64,000 nt of DNA from NCBI GenBank assembly GCA_964658305.1, contig OZ210885.1:6696001-6760000 (forward strand). The letters are read 5' to 3'. Source of the stretch: Leptogorgia sarmentosa. Lineage: Eukaryota. Position numbers and translations under genes: made by a program. Shown piece by piece: positions 23,736 to 37,187 of the stretch (positions within the stretch are counted from its first letter, which is position 1; the number at the start of each line of letters is the position of its first letter). Below the pieces are notes generated by a model. That model searched no databases. It had not been told where the DNA came from and worked only from the letters and a program-made list of their open reading frames with translations.

Positions 23736-25597
23736 CATTTTTTCTGAAGAGTGTCGAATAGACCATCAAGTGCAGGTCTCTTGTTACCATTGGTTGCACC
23801 ATGAATTCTTGCTGCCATTTCATGTTTCTTTACTTCGTCTAAATGCTGTACTCGGAGCTGTCTTAGACAGCGTGCACATTAATAGTAATATACACATTAA
23901 AGGGCAGGCTGGGCAAAAATTATGAAGCAGCAATTCAAGGTGGGTTGCAACATATTTCAACAGGGCAAGTAACCAATGCGTTCCAGAGCAAGTAACTAAC
24001 ACTTAACTTGAGTTGCAATTGAGCTGCAATACATGCAGATGCGCTCTGCCATATTTCACTCTGTCAAACGCTAGACAATTTTGCTTGTCAATGGGAGATA
24101 TATGGAGCTTTAGAGCTTAACTGACCTCTGTTTTGGCAGTAGTATCAGCGAAATCGTACGCTTTCTACTCCATTCCCAGGAATGCAATTGGTCCGAACAA
24201 CAACGTGTGGACTGGTCGTCGCGCTAAATCGGCGCTCCAGATGTTTCACGAGCGTCACTTTTATAATTAATTAATGCGCATGCATGCATGCACTGCGATC
24301 GACAACATAGTTTTCCAAATCTTTCACACCAAAAATGCTCGAAAACGAACTGTATAGTTCGTTGATTTGCATAGTTGAGAAAATGGCATTGACTAAGGAT
24401 GATTTTCTCAACTATGCAAATCGCTAGTTTTTCTTGTATATAGTAGCAGTTTTGTAAATATTTTCATATTTTTGTCTCCTGATATTGTACAAAGCCCAGT
24501 TTCCATTACTGATGTATGTATACACATACGGCATACATGTGCAAAGACACTTTTAAACTGAGTGCAGACACTGCCGATGAATAGTGCTATATATCATATA
24601 TGTATATATATACTAACAAGTAAAATTATTGTAATGAATGAATGAATGAACGATTTATTACAACAAAGACGTTTCCACTTGCAACAAGCTGTCTCGGTTC
24701 AATTTACCTCTGAGCAGAGTCTGAAATAATAATTATTCAATTATGCAAACAACATGCATGCAGGTTCTTTCAATCACTTCGAGATTTGATTGACAATTTG
24801 AAGGCGAGACGAATCTGAAAATTATTTCGGGCTCTGCATGTGAATTTGCCCGAATCTGATCGTCGATCAAGTCCAACCGGCCGAGCATACAGTTGGAGCT
24901 TTCCCGAGGGGAGGGCGGGGACTGATTGTGGAAGACTTCGACGAAACGGTTGTTGGCTGTGAGATGACTTTTGGTGAGTTTTCATTCAAGCCTTGTTCGA
25001 CGTGAATTAATTGAAAGCATTCAAGATTTGAAAATTGACAGAAATGCTAGCAGGTTAGTCAATCTTCAACCCAGCGTTTTAATTGGTTGGTGTCAAATAA
25101 TCATATTATTGAATTGACCAGTATATAAATGCTAAACTGCACTGCTGCTTTCAGTCACTGCTTTCAAAAAGCGAGCAAACTTACAAACTGAAGCAGCAGC
25201 ATTGGCATTTCATAGCATTCGCGCGTCGAATGACCTACCCTTTCCCTACGAGTGCTGCTTTTTTTGTTGCATAGCCGATTTTTAGGGCACTCAATGGGGC
25301 TTTGTATTGATTTAAATGATGTTCTTTTTTGTCAAAGCCGCTGACTGTTCGGGTCGCTTCCACGACCAAGGCCAAACCTTTGGCGAACTATAGTTTTAGA
25401 TCCAAACTCACAATAAGGAAATTTGTATGATGCAGGGGGCTTCCAGCGAATGTTGATCAAATCGTTTCAGCATGGCTCAACATATTTTTCACTGTCTGAA
25501 TACCACACGTTTTGGCTATTGCGAGATTCAAACGATGGCTGGAAGAATGGACGTAAAGTGCTTTCGGCACTTGACACCACCTTCGATTTACTGGACT

Positions 25598-26400
25598 TTG
25601 TACTAGCACCATCATAACCTTGGCCACAACATTGCCCCAGTGGTAAGCCAATCTCGCTCAATGTGTCTTCGATATTCTTCGCCGATGCCTCGCCAGTCAT
25701 ACCATCCTCACATTCAACAAACTTAACAAAACGTACTGCAAGAGTATATGCATTTGTTCTTTATTGCTACAGTCCGTAGCTTCATCTGCTAAAACAGAAT
25801 AGACGGGACAAACTTCGCTGTTTACTTCGTTCACAATATGTTGTCGGATGTGGTCACCACAGATCCTCACTAGCTGATTCTGAATGGTTTTGGAACGATA
25901 CGTGACATTCTACCTCGCATTTTCAAAGTGATGTTGAAGATTCGTGTCACATGCTTCAGCTCAAAAATCCAAAAATGCTTGGAAGTTACCAGGATTCGGT
26001 GAAGAGTAGTGCTGCGAGTTGATGCCCTTGCTTTCGCCCATCATCCCACTCCTAAAATACACCATACGTATCATGGAATCCTGATGAATGGTTGAATGTT
26101 TCTGATGATCTTCCAGTTTTGACGCTGCACTTTTCCAGTTGGTGAAAGGCTCCTTGAATAACTTTGTCAACTTCGAGCCTTTAAGACCAGTTTCACTGCC
26201 AAACAGAACACAAGATAGACAGAAGGCTCCATCAAATAGTTTAGAATAGCATGACCAACGACTGAGCCAATTCGCACAAAATTTACGCCGTGTCTGACCA
26301 AACTCAGTAACAGGAAAATTATATGTAGGGGGTGGCTGGCTTCCAATGATTGTTAATTAGCTTAAGTTTTGTGTCATCATCTATTGCGATATTTCCACAA
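25598..26400 (-). pseudogene. Decayed hAT transposase fragment (PRKRIR/ZMYM1-like: TTF Zn finger + DUF4371)
   Basis: Across frames: GAFCLSCVLF, KEPFTNWKSA, GNFQAFL, YRSKTIQNQL, LADEATDCSNKEQ, GQGYDGAS. Confidence 0.8.
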
Positions 26401-28531
26401 TTTTTACTATCTACTGGTGTTTGTGATGCAGAAACAAACCGTCCAATATACGCAATTTTCGCTGAAAATCTTTCGATTATGTCTCAGGAAATGGTCATTA
26501 ATGAATAATTTACTCTTCGATAAAGTTCTTACTTACACCTGTTCCTGAAGAACTTAACAGTTCAGTGATAGTAGTGATGGAAAAAGTGGGCTGTTCTTGA
26601 CATTAAACTTCTCCCCCGGGAACTTGATGAAGCCTTTTCTATTTCAGCAATTGTCCATGCTCCTTTGTTAACATCTGACAAAGACAACTCCTTACTACCA
26701 TGATAATTGTTAGGCCTACTCCAGGGTACAAGATTGCCTATGATAGACACATATTATATACAAAGAAATAGGCATTCTGGATTTAATAGGGGGTCTGAAT
26801 TGAGAGAAGGCATCAACCTTTTTAAAAGTAATTTAACCTGCAAGGTTCCTTTGCATATAAGACACCAGAAGATGTGTCTTTTAATGTTGCCCAAACTCTC
26901 TTTAGGAAACTAGTATTCTATTATTTGTTCTTTGATCATTTAAAACTTTCTTCACAGGATAGCCACACTGTTAACTGTTTTAGATAATTTTTATTACATA
27001 TCCCATCATATTGGTTTCACTTTGACCTACAGTATTGTGATGTGATGAATGTTGTATACGATTTTATGATCCATGCATATGATTAACTTTTTGCCAAACA
27101 GTTGACACAATTTGCATGGAATTTAATTAGCATGCATAAAATTATACAGCACTTTCGAAATGTAAGCAAAGCTCTTTGTTTACATACAGTACAAAATTGA
27201 CCAACACCTTAATATAATTAACAAAGAAAATTGCTCCAATTGAGTTTAGTACGGGCATTTACCTTACATTACAGATGGTTTAATCATCATATCTCTTTGC
27301 ATGACATCTTTATAACAAGACAATATCACAGACAATATTGAACACGAGATATTAGACATTAATTTGAATTGAGCAATGAGCAAGCGATGCGACAATGCGT
27401 AATTGCATTACTTCATGTTAGACATCAGGAAGCAGCATCAGCATTCATCATACAAGCCTGCTCTCGCTCCACCATGTGGAAACTTGTAAAAATAGCGCCG
27501 ATGTTGCGTCTGCAGTATAAATTGTTTGCATAAATTTCTTATTCATAAATTCCAAACAACCTCCTCAAATAACCATTGAGAAAGACAATTCTCCTCAAAT
27601 AACCATTGAAAAAGATAATGCATTTAGTACAAGCCCCCGGAGGTCCCAAAGCTTCTCGAAGCTCTTCCTTTACACATTCATTACCACCGATGATATATAT
27701 TATAAAAGGGGCACATCAAATTTTTGCAACATTTTATTGATTGAACCTAGATTGAAATAGGGTTTGAAAATTGATGAAATCGCCGATCATACTAGTTCCT
27801 TTGCATGAGCTGATTTCCCCGTTCTTATTAGTATAATGGGTTTGTACATGGGAAAATTTCCTAAAACTAGTGCGAAATTAATATTCCTAACCGTTTTGTG
27901 CACTTTTTGCCAGCTTTAACAATGGCAACATAACAAAAAGGTAAAGTTTGCATGGGGTCCGTCGGAGAATCGAAATTGTAGTACTTCGAACGTTGTCGAT
28001 TTGTTGTACTGTGAAATAAATTTTACATTTATACAGGTTTGCAAAAACATACCTGCTGTTTCTTCTCCTCCTTTCTTTGGTGTTTGCTCTCTGTGTTTTT
28101 TGCTACGTTTCCTGCTGTGTTTACTCTTTCGGCTATTTTCAAATTTTTTGGAACGCTTTTGTTTTCTGATTTCATGCCCTTGTCGACGAACATGGCTCAG
28201 TAGATTTTGTACATGTAGAATTGCTATCTGTTTCTGTACGATCAGTATCTTCGTCACTGCTTGACGAATCCGAAGAGTTTGAAGCATTCGATTCACTCAT
28301 AATCTCATATAGTATGTTTAACTTGCAGATATTTTGCAAATCTTGCTACTTTAATAGTGTTTACCACTGAGGTATATATATTATGTGTATACGATTTAAT
28401 AATTAACGGTTTGTTTAATTATAAATAAAATCATGTTTACATTGGGCTAGAGCATGAGCATGAACAGTTGCAATTCATAAAAATCTGACGTTTTATCGGA
28501 ATATTATCTTATAAATCTTAATCCGCAAAAG

Positions 28532-28762
28532 TTGGTGAGACTTCAAGCAGATATTTTCTTGAAGAAAATTGTCGAAAGAGGTGGGTCAGTAACATCCAAA
28601 TATTGTTTGTCAACTACGCATATCCTTGTTCCGCGTGGTGTAACTTATGATGAAGGATTAAAGTCCATTGCAATACAAGGAGATGTGAAAGTGCTTGGAA
28701 TAGACTGGCTGCCAGAATGTATACGCACAACATTCATCACCGCCCCCTTCAAAGTGCAGTAG
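28532..28762 (+). pseudogene. Possible BRCT-domain fragment
   Basis: IVERGGSV...TTHILV...VLGIDWLPECI fits the BRCT GG / THhhh / WxxxC pattern. Isolated, with no gene context. Confidence 0.5.
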
Positions 28763-29567
28763 GAATGTTCCCGGATGTAAGTTTTAAGGTTATATGTCAT
28801 AAAATGTTTTTGCAAACTTTAGAAAAATCAGTTTGTGATCTTGTAAGTGAAGAAGTCGTACTCAGGTTTAAATTGTTCTTATTATAACCACAGATATGAA
28901 ATTAGAATTGTCTGGCACTACAAAGCTACCTTTTGCATCGAAGCTATTCAAGCATGTTCGCAGATATCTTCCAAATGCAGAGAAATGCCATGTAAACGTT
29001 TCGATTGAAGATGTATATGTGAAGGCTGCCAACTTGGCCTGCGTTACTTTAACTGTCATACAGATTCCCCTTGACATTTGGAGGCGGCCATCTGACAACT
29101 TTTAGTTTGCCTTTATTTTCTTGCAGCACTTTGTTGTGGTGCACAAAGTTTCCCAGAAGAGTTCGATCAAGTTCTTTCTTTTCGTAGATATTCTCCCCAT
29201 AACTCATCGCCCTCTGGGCAGTCTTTGTGCACCTGTTGCAAATGCCACCCGACCTTTAGAAATTGCTTTCCTTTGTCGTGCACTCTTGAGTCTTGGTCAT
29301 CTTTTGACACTGAGGCATGTACGCTGTAAATAGAAATTTTCCTTATTTGAATCACATTGCCATTGATTATGGTTTTCTAACTTGCTTCAGGAAATGCTTT
29401 AAAATTGAAACTTTACTGAACAAGTTGAGAGAACAATTATCATTTGAATTTATCATTTGGCATTTTTAGAATTACTGCAGCAGAAGATACAAGTTAGAAA
29501 TCTGTTACAAAATGATCAAGAAATGATAATTGTATGAGTAATAATTATGTAAAATTGTCCGTAAATA

Positions 29568-31560
29568 TTATTGTAAAAGTGTCCTTAAAGCAGAAATAGA
29601 ACGTTCACACACGCACAAAGTAATGGGAAGAGTTCCTAAAATACGCAAAATAACTTTAATATTTTTAAAACCAGCAAAACTGACAGATTTCAAAGTACTG
29701 GCAAAGTTATCAGGATGGGGACCTTCATGGGTCTCCCAGTAGGTACTCCATGACATCAACTCGGCATCTAATGCAAGAGGGTTTGGCAAATCGTCAATAT
29801 AAAAATCGGCAACTGTCTTAAATTGATTTTTCCAATCTATTCCTTTTCTTGTTAATGACAGCATCTTTATTGGAACAATGCAAAGACCCTTGTAGACATT
29901 CACATTAAGATCAAATCTGGCTTATAAAGAAGATTTAAGATGGTCAATTAAGGGAATAGTAATAATAAATTTATAGTAGTCGGAGATGGAATCAGATGGC
30001 ACATTAGCCCTGGTAGTTTGTCTTCCCACCGTCCTTGGCTTCCACTCTTCAACATCAACTTGCTGAGCCAACTCCAGAGCTTCTTCATACCATGTTTCGT
30101 GGAAGGAGTCAACCGAATTCCTCAACTTCGTGACATCATTTTTCAAAGTCTCGATTAAATGAATGCCATCCATAACATCTATAGTTTTACCCTGCAATAG
30201 CTGTGTCACTGGCAAAGTCAAGTCAAGAATGTTTCTAGTAATAACTAATGCAACAAAAAAATCAAATCTTGAAACAAGTGTTAATAAAGATGAGGCATCA
30301 GAAGAAAGGGAAGGTTTAAACTTGCCTTCTAAGTTTGTAGCCATATCATCAAGGGTATGGTATAAAGGCACAAAAAGCTCTTGGAAAACGTCAAGACCCT
30401 CAACACGTTCCACCCATCTAGTTCTGCACACATCTGCCAATCTGGTCTTCTTTGAGCTCGGTTCAAAATCTTGAATGTGTTGCTCAAATGGAATGTTGCG
30501 TGTCTGAGAAATATTAATAAAATTAGAAGCATCTTTAACATGTTTAAGCATATTATTTACTTCAAGAATGTTCAGAGAGTCACAAATGGTCAAATTAAGT
30601 CTGTGACTGTAGCAATGAGTATAAAGAGCCTTAGGATTACTCCTCAGTATTTGTGCTGACAAACCATTGATGTGCCCAGCACCAGGTCCGTCATAGCCTT
30701 GCTCTCTACAATCATCAATGGACAAAGTTAAAGCAGTCAAAGATTCTAAAATTAATTTTGCAAGTTGTTCACCACTCAAACCCCACTTGCAATGAAGAAA
30801 TGAAATAAATTCTTCCCTAATATTCATATTACAATCTACAAATCGTAACACAAGTGATAATTGCTCTTTGTGGGAAGAATCAGATGCCTCATCTGCAATA
30901 ATACAAAAAAATTTACTTTGTTTAACATTGTGAATAAGTTGGTCTCGAATCACCTCTCCACAGTTATTAATGATCTTGTTTTGGCTGGTCTTGGAGATGT
31001 AGGTTCTGTTTTTACCACAGGTTTTCAAATGGTTTTCCAAAACTTTATCACCAGCCCTCACTGTGAAATTAAGAGACTCAACAAAATTACCAACACCCCC
31101 AGTAGAATAGTTACCAACTTCCGGATGATACTTAGCATCATCACGATGTCCACGAAGTGGCAAACCAAGGCGACCACAAAAAATAACAGAGTCTACAATA
31201 GGGTTTAATATCCTTCTATTCTCTTCAATTTCTTTCTTGAGGTTACCATCTATAATAACATCAATTGACTGGGCTGCACCTGATATTTGAGAAAGTAAAG
31301 AAGTTAAAATAGGAAATGTATAGGAATGCAACCCCATCTCTTTTGCTGCAACATGACGTTTCAATGTGGAAGCAGCATCATTCCAATAGCGAAGGGGTTC
31401 AGAAAAAAGTCTAGATATTCCTCCAGCTTTGTCAGGAAAACGATCACCAAATAGTACACATGATAAACAGTATGCACCATCTTTGGAGGGTGAGTAACAA
31501 AGCCAGGGATACATGTTCATCCACTCATCCCTAAAAGATCTACCATTGCGTTTAGGAAAG
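29568..31560 (-). pseudogene. hAT transposase (PRKRIR/THAP12-like), nearly complete, frameshifted near 29920
   Basis: Motifs WLCYS..AYCLSCVLF, PLRGHRD, YISKTSQN, IADEASD, QGYDG, HCYSHRLNL, CRTRW, and C-terminal TLPITLCVCERSISALR. Confidence 0.92.
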
Positions 31561-31616
31561 CAATATTTCCTTGAGTTTCTTAGATGTAGATGGATAAGAA
31601 GCTGCTGATTTTCGTT

Positions 31617-32158
31617 TCATTCTATGAGCATGAAAAAGGAGAGGAACAAAGTGGTTAGGCTGAAAGGTTTTGCCAGGTTCAACAATGCCTTCAAAACAAA
31701 ACAAAACAAAAGGTGAATAGCTTCTGAATCAACACTGTGATCCTGTTTGCGAGGTGTAATCAGGTGGTTAAAAAATATTTTATATTGCAGCTCACCACAA
31801 TCAGGATAGTAGGTGGAAATATTCATGCCTAAAATAGATGAAAGACCCAAAATACATAGAAATGATGACCACTTGTGACTACTACAATTCAAAATAGCCT
31901 CCTTCCTCACCAAGTCATCTTCAGTCAAATTACTATCCAAGCAATCTTTTGACACACACAAAGGTAAAAGATTTTTTAGGCGAAAGTACTTACCATGCTC
32001 ATTCATAACAGACAAGAAACATGGGTGTTGGGAATAAAAAGTAGCATTAATGTAGAGTTCAATAGAAGCCAAGATTCTTAAAGTTGGAACTAAACTGTTA
32101 TCGCCTACCATTACCAAAGAAACAGAACTGTAAAGACAATCACCAGAGACATCAGATC
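31617..32158 (-). pseudogene. Vertnin-like OTU cysteine protease exon upstream of the hAT transposase
   Basis: After an AG acceptor near 32159: SDVSGDCLYSSVSL (Cys box), LRILASIEL, WSSFLCILGLSSIL..YYP, and after a frameshift QPNHFVPL (His box). Confidence 0.75.
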
Positions 32159-33739
32159 TATACGAAATATTTGAAAAGAATTGAAGAAATAAGTTGCCAG
32201 TGTAGCCATGATGTCATTCAACAATGACATATTGAAATAGAATTCAATAACAGAACTATTGCTTAATTATCAATATTTTAAAACCCCCAGTGCAAGGTCA
32301 CTGGCTTCAATGCCAAATCATGTATACTCGATTAATTTTATTTTGGTAAATTAAATTTGACTTTCTGTATACAATACGTTACATTCATCAACGCACTTTC
32401 ATGTCGTATGTAACTATTGTTGTGATTTCAGACCACATTTCAGTGCTTTATAGTTTATATCTTCACAAGCTATTACAAATTTCCAAGTCTATTATTATTA
32501 GGAAATAATCATTAAACAGAGGTAACTGTTCTAGTCCACTGTTTCACTTATTATACTAGGCAGGTGACTAATCTCATCCAATCTCGTCACTAACATGCCA
32601 ATTGCCACAGGAAGTGCAGACCAGGAACTATGTATGATGTACAATTGTAAACATTGTATTTTAATCGCATGTGTATATATGAATACTATAGTTTTTACTT
32701 CTGGACATACTAAACCATTTGAATAAATACAAACCTTATTACAGAATAAAATAAATCTGAATATAAATGAACTGCTAAAATAAATATATGACCATAAGTT
32801 AACAAAGCTTATGCCATTCACCTATTATTCGAGTATCACCAATCCCCAATAATTTTCTCTTTCTTTCGTACGTCCTTTGTTCGCTTGTTCTCTTGAATTG
32901 AACGCACTGTCCACTCGCTGTCTGTATCCTACGTACGAGACTTTACAATGGTGGGACATCTTCGACAACAAAATTTTTCCTTTCTTTTGTTTTTTTATTG
33001 GCTTCGTCTCTCGGCTGTTCATGAACATGGTATTCATGGCATCTGGTGCCATCGCTTCCAATTTCTTCCATGCGTTTTAAAACGTCTTATTTGACGATGC
33101 TGTTACATAAGTCTGGAAAATCTCCTCAACATACCCTAAATATATTTCAATTCAAAAAATCAATCTCACTCTGATTAGAAATCAATGACGAATAATTTCC
33201 TGAACTCCCTACCAAAATTTTGTTTCTCTCTGACACATCTCACAGTGGCTTCACCACTGGTTGGGTAGGTCACCTTAACCAGTTCCGAACCATCGCTCCC
33301 TTTTATTACCACATTTTATTACAATAATTCACTATAAATTTTCATTTCATTAAAATATTCATATCACTATAACATTCCATTCTACAACAACAATTGGCAC
33401 ATCATATCAAGATATACTTACTACAATAAATAGTGTATCACATTCCCTATATCCCACATCATGTTCAACACCACCACAACTTACCCACAACCACACTCAT
33501 CACACCTCATGGTGTCACCCATCAATCCACAACCTCGATGAGGACACGGCTATTTGAACCACAGCCCAGGATTCGAATACCTGCATAAGAAACACTGTAT
33601 GATTCAACAACGCCACAAATAGTATTAATAAGCAGTTTTGTGGGACACTAATGCAAAATTAGAATAATTAGAATTAATATTATCATGTATTCCAAATATC
33701 TGATCATACATTAAGATGTTAGTTTGCACATTATCAATA

Positions 33740-35432
33740 CTAAATATAATATTTGGAATGTGTTAACTTACATTTGTCAATACTTTCCCTGAGTTGTTTC
33801 TGCAGCAATGAACGTCTGAACAGTGCAGCCCGTCCTTTCATCGAATTTGAATTCTTAATTATGGCATGTTGCTGATCATCTTTTAAAATGTTTTTATTGA
33901 CATGTAATTCACCCAGCATGTGTCTTTTGATAAGGTCCTCCACTGCACTCTTACTCATTGATACCAACCCTCTCTCTTCCAGAAACTTATACCCAGCATT
34001 CCGCTTAATTGTGTAGCATTTCACACCAGAAAGAGCACTGGATTTCACATATGGATTAATGTGTTTTAATAACTGAAAAATTATTTTTAAAATCGTTTCT
34101 GTCTAGTTCATGTGTAATGTGGCAGTCTGAATGCAAGATTGATGCCATTTCAGTGGAAGTTATGTAAATGCAAATGAATGATGCTAGCTGAACTTCCCTG
34201 ATACTGCATGACTAGTCATATAGCAGCACCATATATAATGTATTTATATCTCACTGGGTGTCTCTCCAGCTAAGCTGTTCACCATCCCTTCTGCAAGACT
34301 GTTAATCATGCCCAAACTATGAGCACAGCTGTCCTTCAGTTCTTGCTGTCTAGGACCCAGTGTTTGGTACTTTGTGATACCTCATTTTTGAAGTATTCTT
34401 TTATTTGCTCCATTTTAGGGCATGCATCAGGATACAGGGGGATCAATCAAATAACATTAGTACTAGTTGGTCATTTACAGTATGTTTTTTGAAAACACCC
34501 TGTACAATCCTAAGTATCCATAGTTGATAACCATAGTTGGAATACAACAGACCTGTCTGATGAAGAACATCAATATGAAATAGTTCTTCAACACTCTGGG
34601 ACCAACTACTTCACCTAGACACTGAACAATAACAGGGATGCAGTGGTCATTCAAAAACTTGTCATTACACTGGATTTCTTGACCAAGGGACATAAGCAAA
34701 CCAGTAGCCTGACTAGCCTTTTTCGTCACCTAGTCCAACTTTGGTTGGTATGACATTTGCTATCTGTCATTCAGTTTTGCAACAGCAGGAAAGGGTAACA
34801 GAACCACTCTGTCTTCTCTCTAAAAAATATACATGAACATCAAAAATTTAGAAGCAGGCAGATAACAGTTTAGTAACATTTCATTTTAATCAACAAAAAA
34901 GTACCCTTTTTTTGCTAAATTTTGACAATATACAATTAAATGTCTGAATTTTCGACACCTTCATAAACTAGTCTTACCTGAAATTAGTCAATCTTGGTAG
35001 CTTATCCTCATTCATTGTAATTAGACAGGTTGTTCTTGGTATATGTGTGGACTTTGCTGTGGATCTAACTTGCCCATTAAAATTATTGTTGATCAAGGAT
35101 TTAACTTCAGCTAATTTGTCTAGATCATCAAATACATATGGAATGGATGACGATGCACATTTCGGCATTTCAGCCTCTGTCTTGCCAAACATTTCTTTTC
35201 CTTTCTTGCAAGAGGTAAAAATGATTTAGCAGTTGTTGTTTTACCAGTGTCATTTGGTCCCACAGCAATTGATGAAGGACATTGACCAAATTTGTTTGGG
35301 ATTGTTTCATAATGCATGGCCATGATGCCTGAGCCAATAAAGCAAAATGCTGAGTGTAACTTCTTCAATGGAGATGGAATAATTTTTTCTTCAAAGGAAC
35401 AACTACTTCCAAGGAAAACATCTGGACTGACC
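33740..35432 (-). pseudogene. Decayed multi-exon P-loop NTPase (SF3/AAA+ helicase-like)
   Basis: Exon about 34977-35432 contains VGPNDTGKTT (Walker A), PYVFDD (Walker B) and CLITMN (sensor-1-like), bounded by AG/GT. Downstream pieces are less certain. Confidence 0.6.
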
Positions 35433-35732
35433 TAGAAGACAAGTAATCCTCCATGCAAATATACATGCTCTCTGTTTCATCTAATTGATTTCCGTCTCTG
35501 TCACTTTTAAGGATCAGCTGGAAAATAACTAGACCTAAAATCGAAAATGGACCAGGTATTTTTCACCCCAAATTCTCCCTGTTGGTTTCGAAATGGATGG
35601 TCAAAGCAGTGCTTTCAAAAGATTCAGTGTTATTTTCTGCAGTTAGTTATTCCCATGGGAAATATGCAGCTTTTGGTTAGCAAATGTGCCAGTATGGTTA
35701 GCAAATGCGCTATTGGTAAATACTTACCATCT

Positions 35733-37187
35733 TCACGATCCGTATACGTTTGACAGTATTGGACAACCATGAATAATTTCATCTAGAGTTTGCTTATGCG
35801 GGTCACTATTGTAATGGTCGAGTGTAAAATTCATGTCATATCTGCAATGTGCATGGACTTTGCACCAGACACATGAATGGTGAGAAGTTGCTGATTTCAT
35901 ACCCAACATGATTAATATAAACTTGTAGTCCCCTCCAAGGAACAATTCAACATTATAATCTCTGCCATCAATAGTAAGCTTTTTGGTTCTGTTTAAGGCA
36001 TTTATTTCATCAAAAACATTTTTGAATGGTCCTTTCAAGGTTTCATATTTTTCTGCTCCCTTCACATCAGCTATTGTATGATTTCCCCTTGCAGACATCG
36101 CATCATCTGTTTTCTGCAACAATGCAAAGGAAAAGATTACAAAGTTGTAAGAGTTAGTCATTTTTGCACCGTCTCCTGAAACTTTAATCCTTATAGCTTC
36201 ATTGTCATCAAAGGTGGGGTTTGATTCAATGAAAGATTTCACTCTCTCTTCAAGACGAGAATTGAATGAAAATTGGGCTCCATCTGTTTCTGTTTGATCA
36301 AGTACGACCTCGGAAGATCTAAGCCAGGTGACATAGACAGCTCATGAATAAAGCTGTCGCCAACTCCAAACTTATCCATCAAGAACAATGTCCTTTCAAC
36401 TTTTGCTTTTTCCTCTTCAGATAAATTTTCATATTGGTTTCCTTCAGGATTACTTGATAACTGTTCGTTTGTTGTTGACACTTTTATGTTATGCTTGATG
36501 TTGGTGCTAGTTTCCCTAACAACCATCGACTCCATGTGTAATCCAAATGACTTCGAGAACCAGAGGGCAGTCTGAGCTCTGGATAAAAATACGATTTTAA
36601 TGTTCTACTTTTGTTAGAAACATCAGAAACATTCTTGTCTTTGTACATCAGGTACTTCTTTTTCCAACTGTTTGGCATAAATTAGCAGTTGCTCATTACA
36701 TTCTTTCTGTTGTCTTATTTTCACGTCTCTTTTTCCCAATTCCACATTCATTTCATTATATAACTTTTCCAGCTCATCTTCCAGAGTAGAATATTTTTTC
36801 CTCCATTCCAATAATTCATCTTGTAGGACCTTATTTTCTTTTAATATCTCTTACTGATGTAATGTATTCCTCAAATACATGGAAACGCTTATTTTGGTCA
36901 TCCAGTTGTAACTTTTTCCTTCCCTTAGTGGGTTTGTAAGGATCCCTTACAGCCAAAACACGTTTCCGTAAAGATTCTTCAATGTCCTGCCTTATTTTTG
37001 CATCTCTAACTAACGAGAATGCACCACCAGGAATACAGCTTTCAAACAGATCACAATAGCTCAACTTTTCACTTTGAGTGCCACTTTGCCCACTTATACC
37101 CTCTTCAGCTGAGTCTATAAAGCTAGAAGTATCGGTTGTAGATTTTGTACCGTTTATTACTGCATAAAGCTTTTGTACCAGCTGCAT
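35733..37187 (-). pseudogene. RAG1/Chapaev/Transib-core-like transposase fragment (second family, retains CxxC)
   Basis: Motifs LPRSYLIKQ, IKVSGDG, GAEKY, LFLGGDYKF, SATSHHSCVWC. Frameshifted and truncated before the H and E motifs. Confidence 0.65.

Larger units (their letters stand above)
17920..23839 (-). pseudogene. Divergent RAG1/Transib-core-like DDE transposase, copy 1, interrupted by a hAT-like MITE and a Gypsy element
   Basis: Removing both insertions and their TSDs restores the frame (..DTLQKK|CKTSEL.. and ..NALISE|INKIDIG..). Motifs in order: MGKRKY, FGGDG, PNDMK, EPLHLKNN, RFTGKES, HVLPMH, MEGREAKH, CYC..CSFC. Two frameshifts remain near 18730 and 18370. Confidence 0.7.

Noticed and set aside
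27916..28310. Lys/Arg-rich ORF as a gene
   Set aside because: Low complexity, stops in the more plausible frame, and no recognisable domain.
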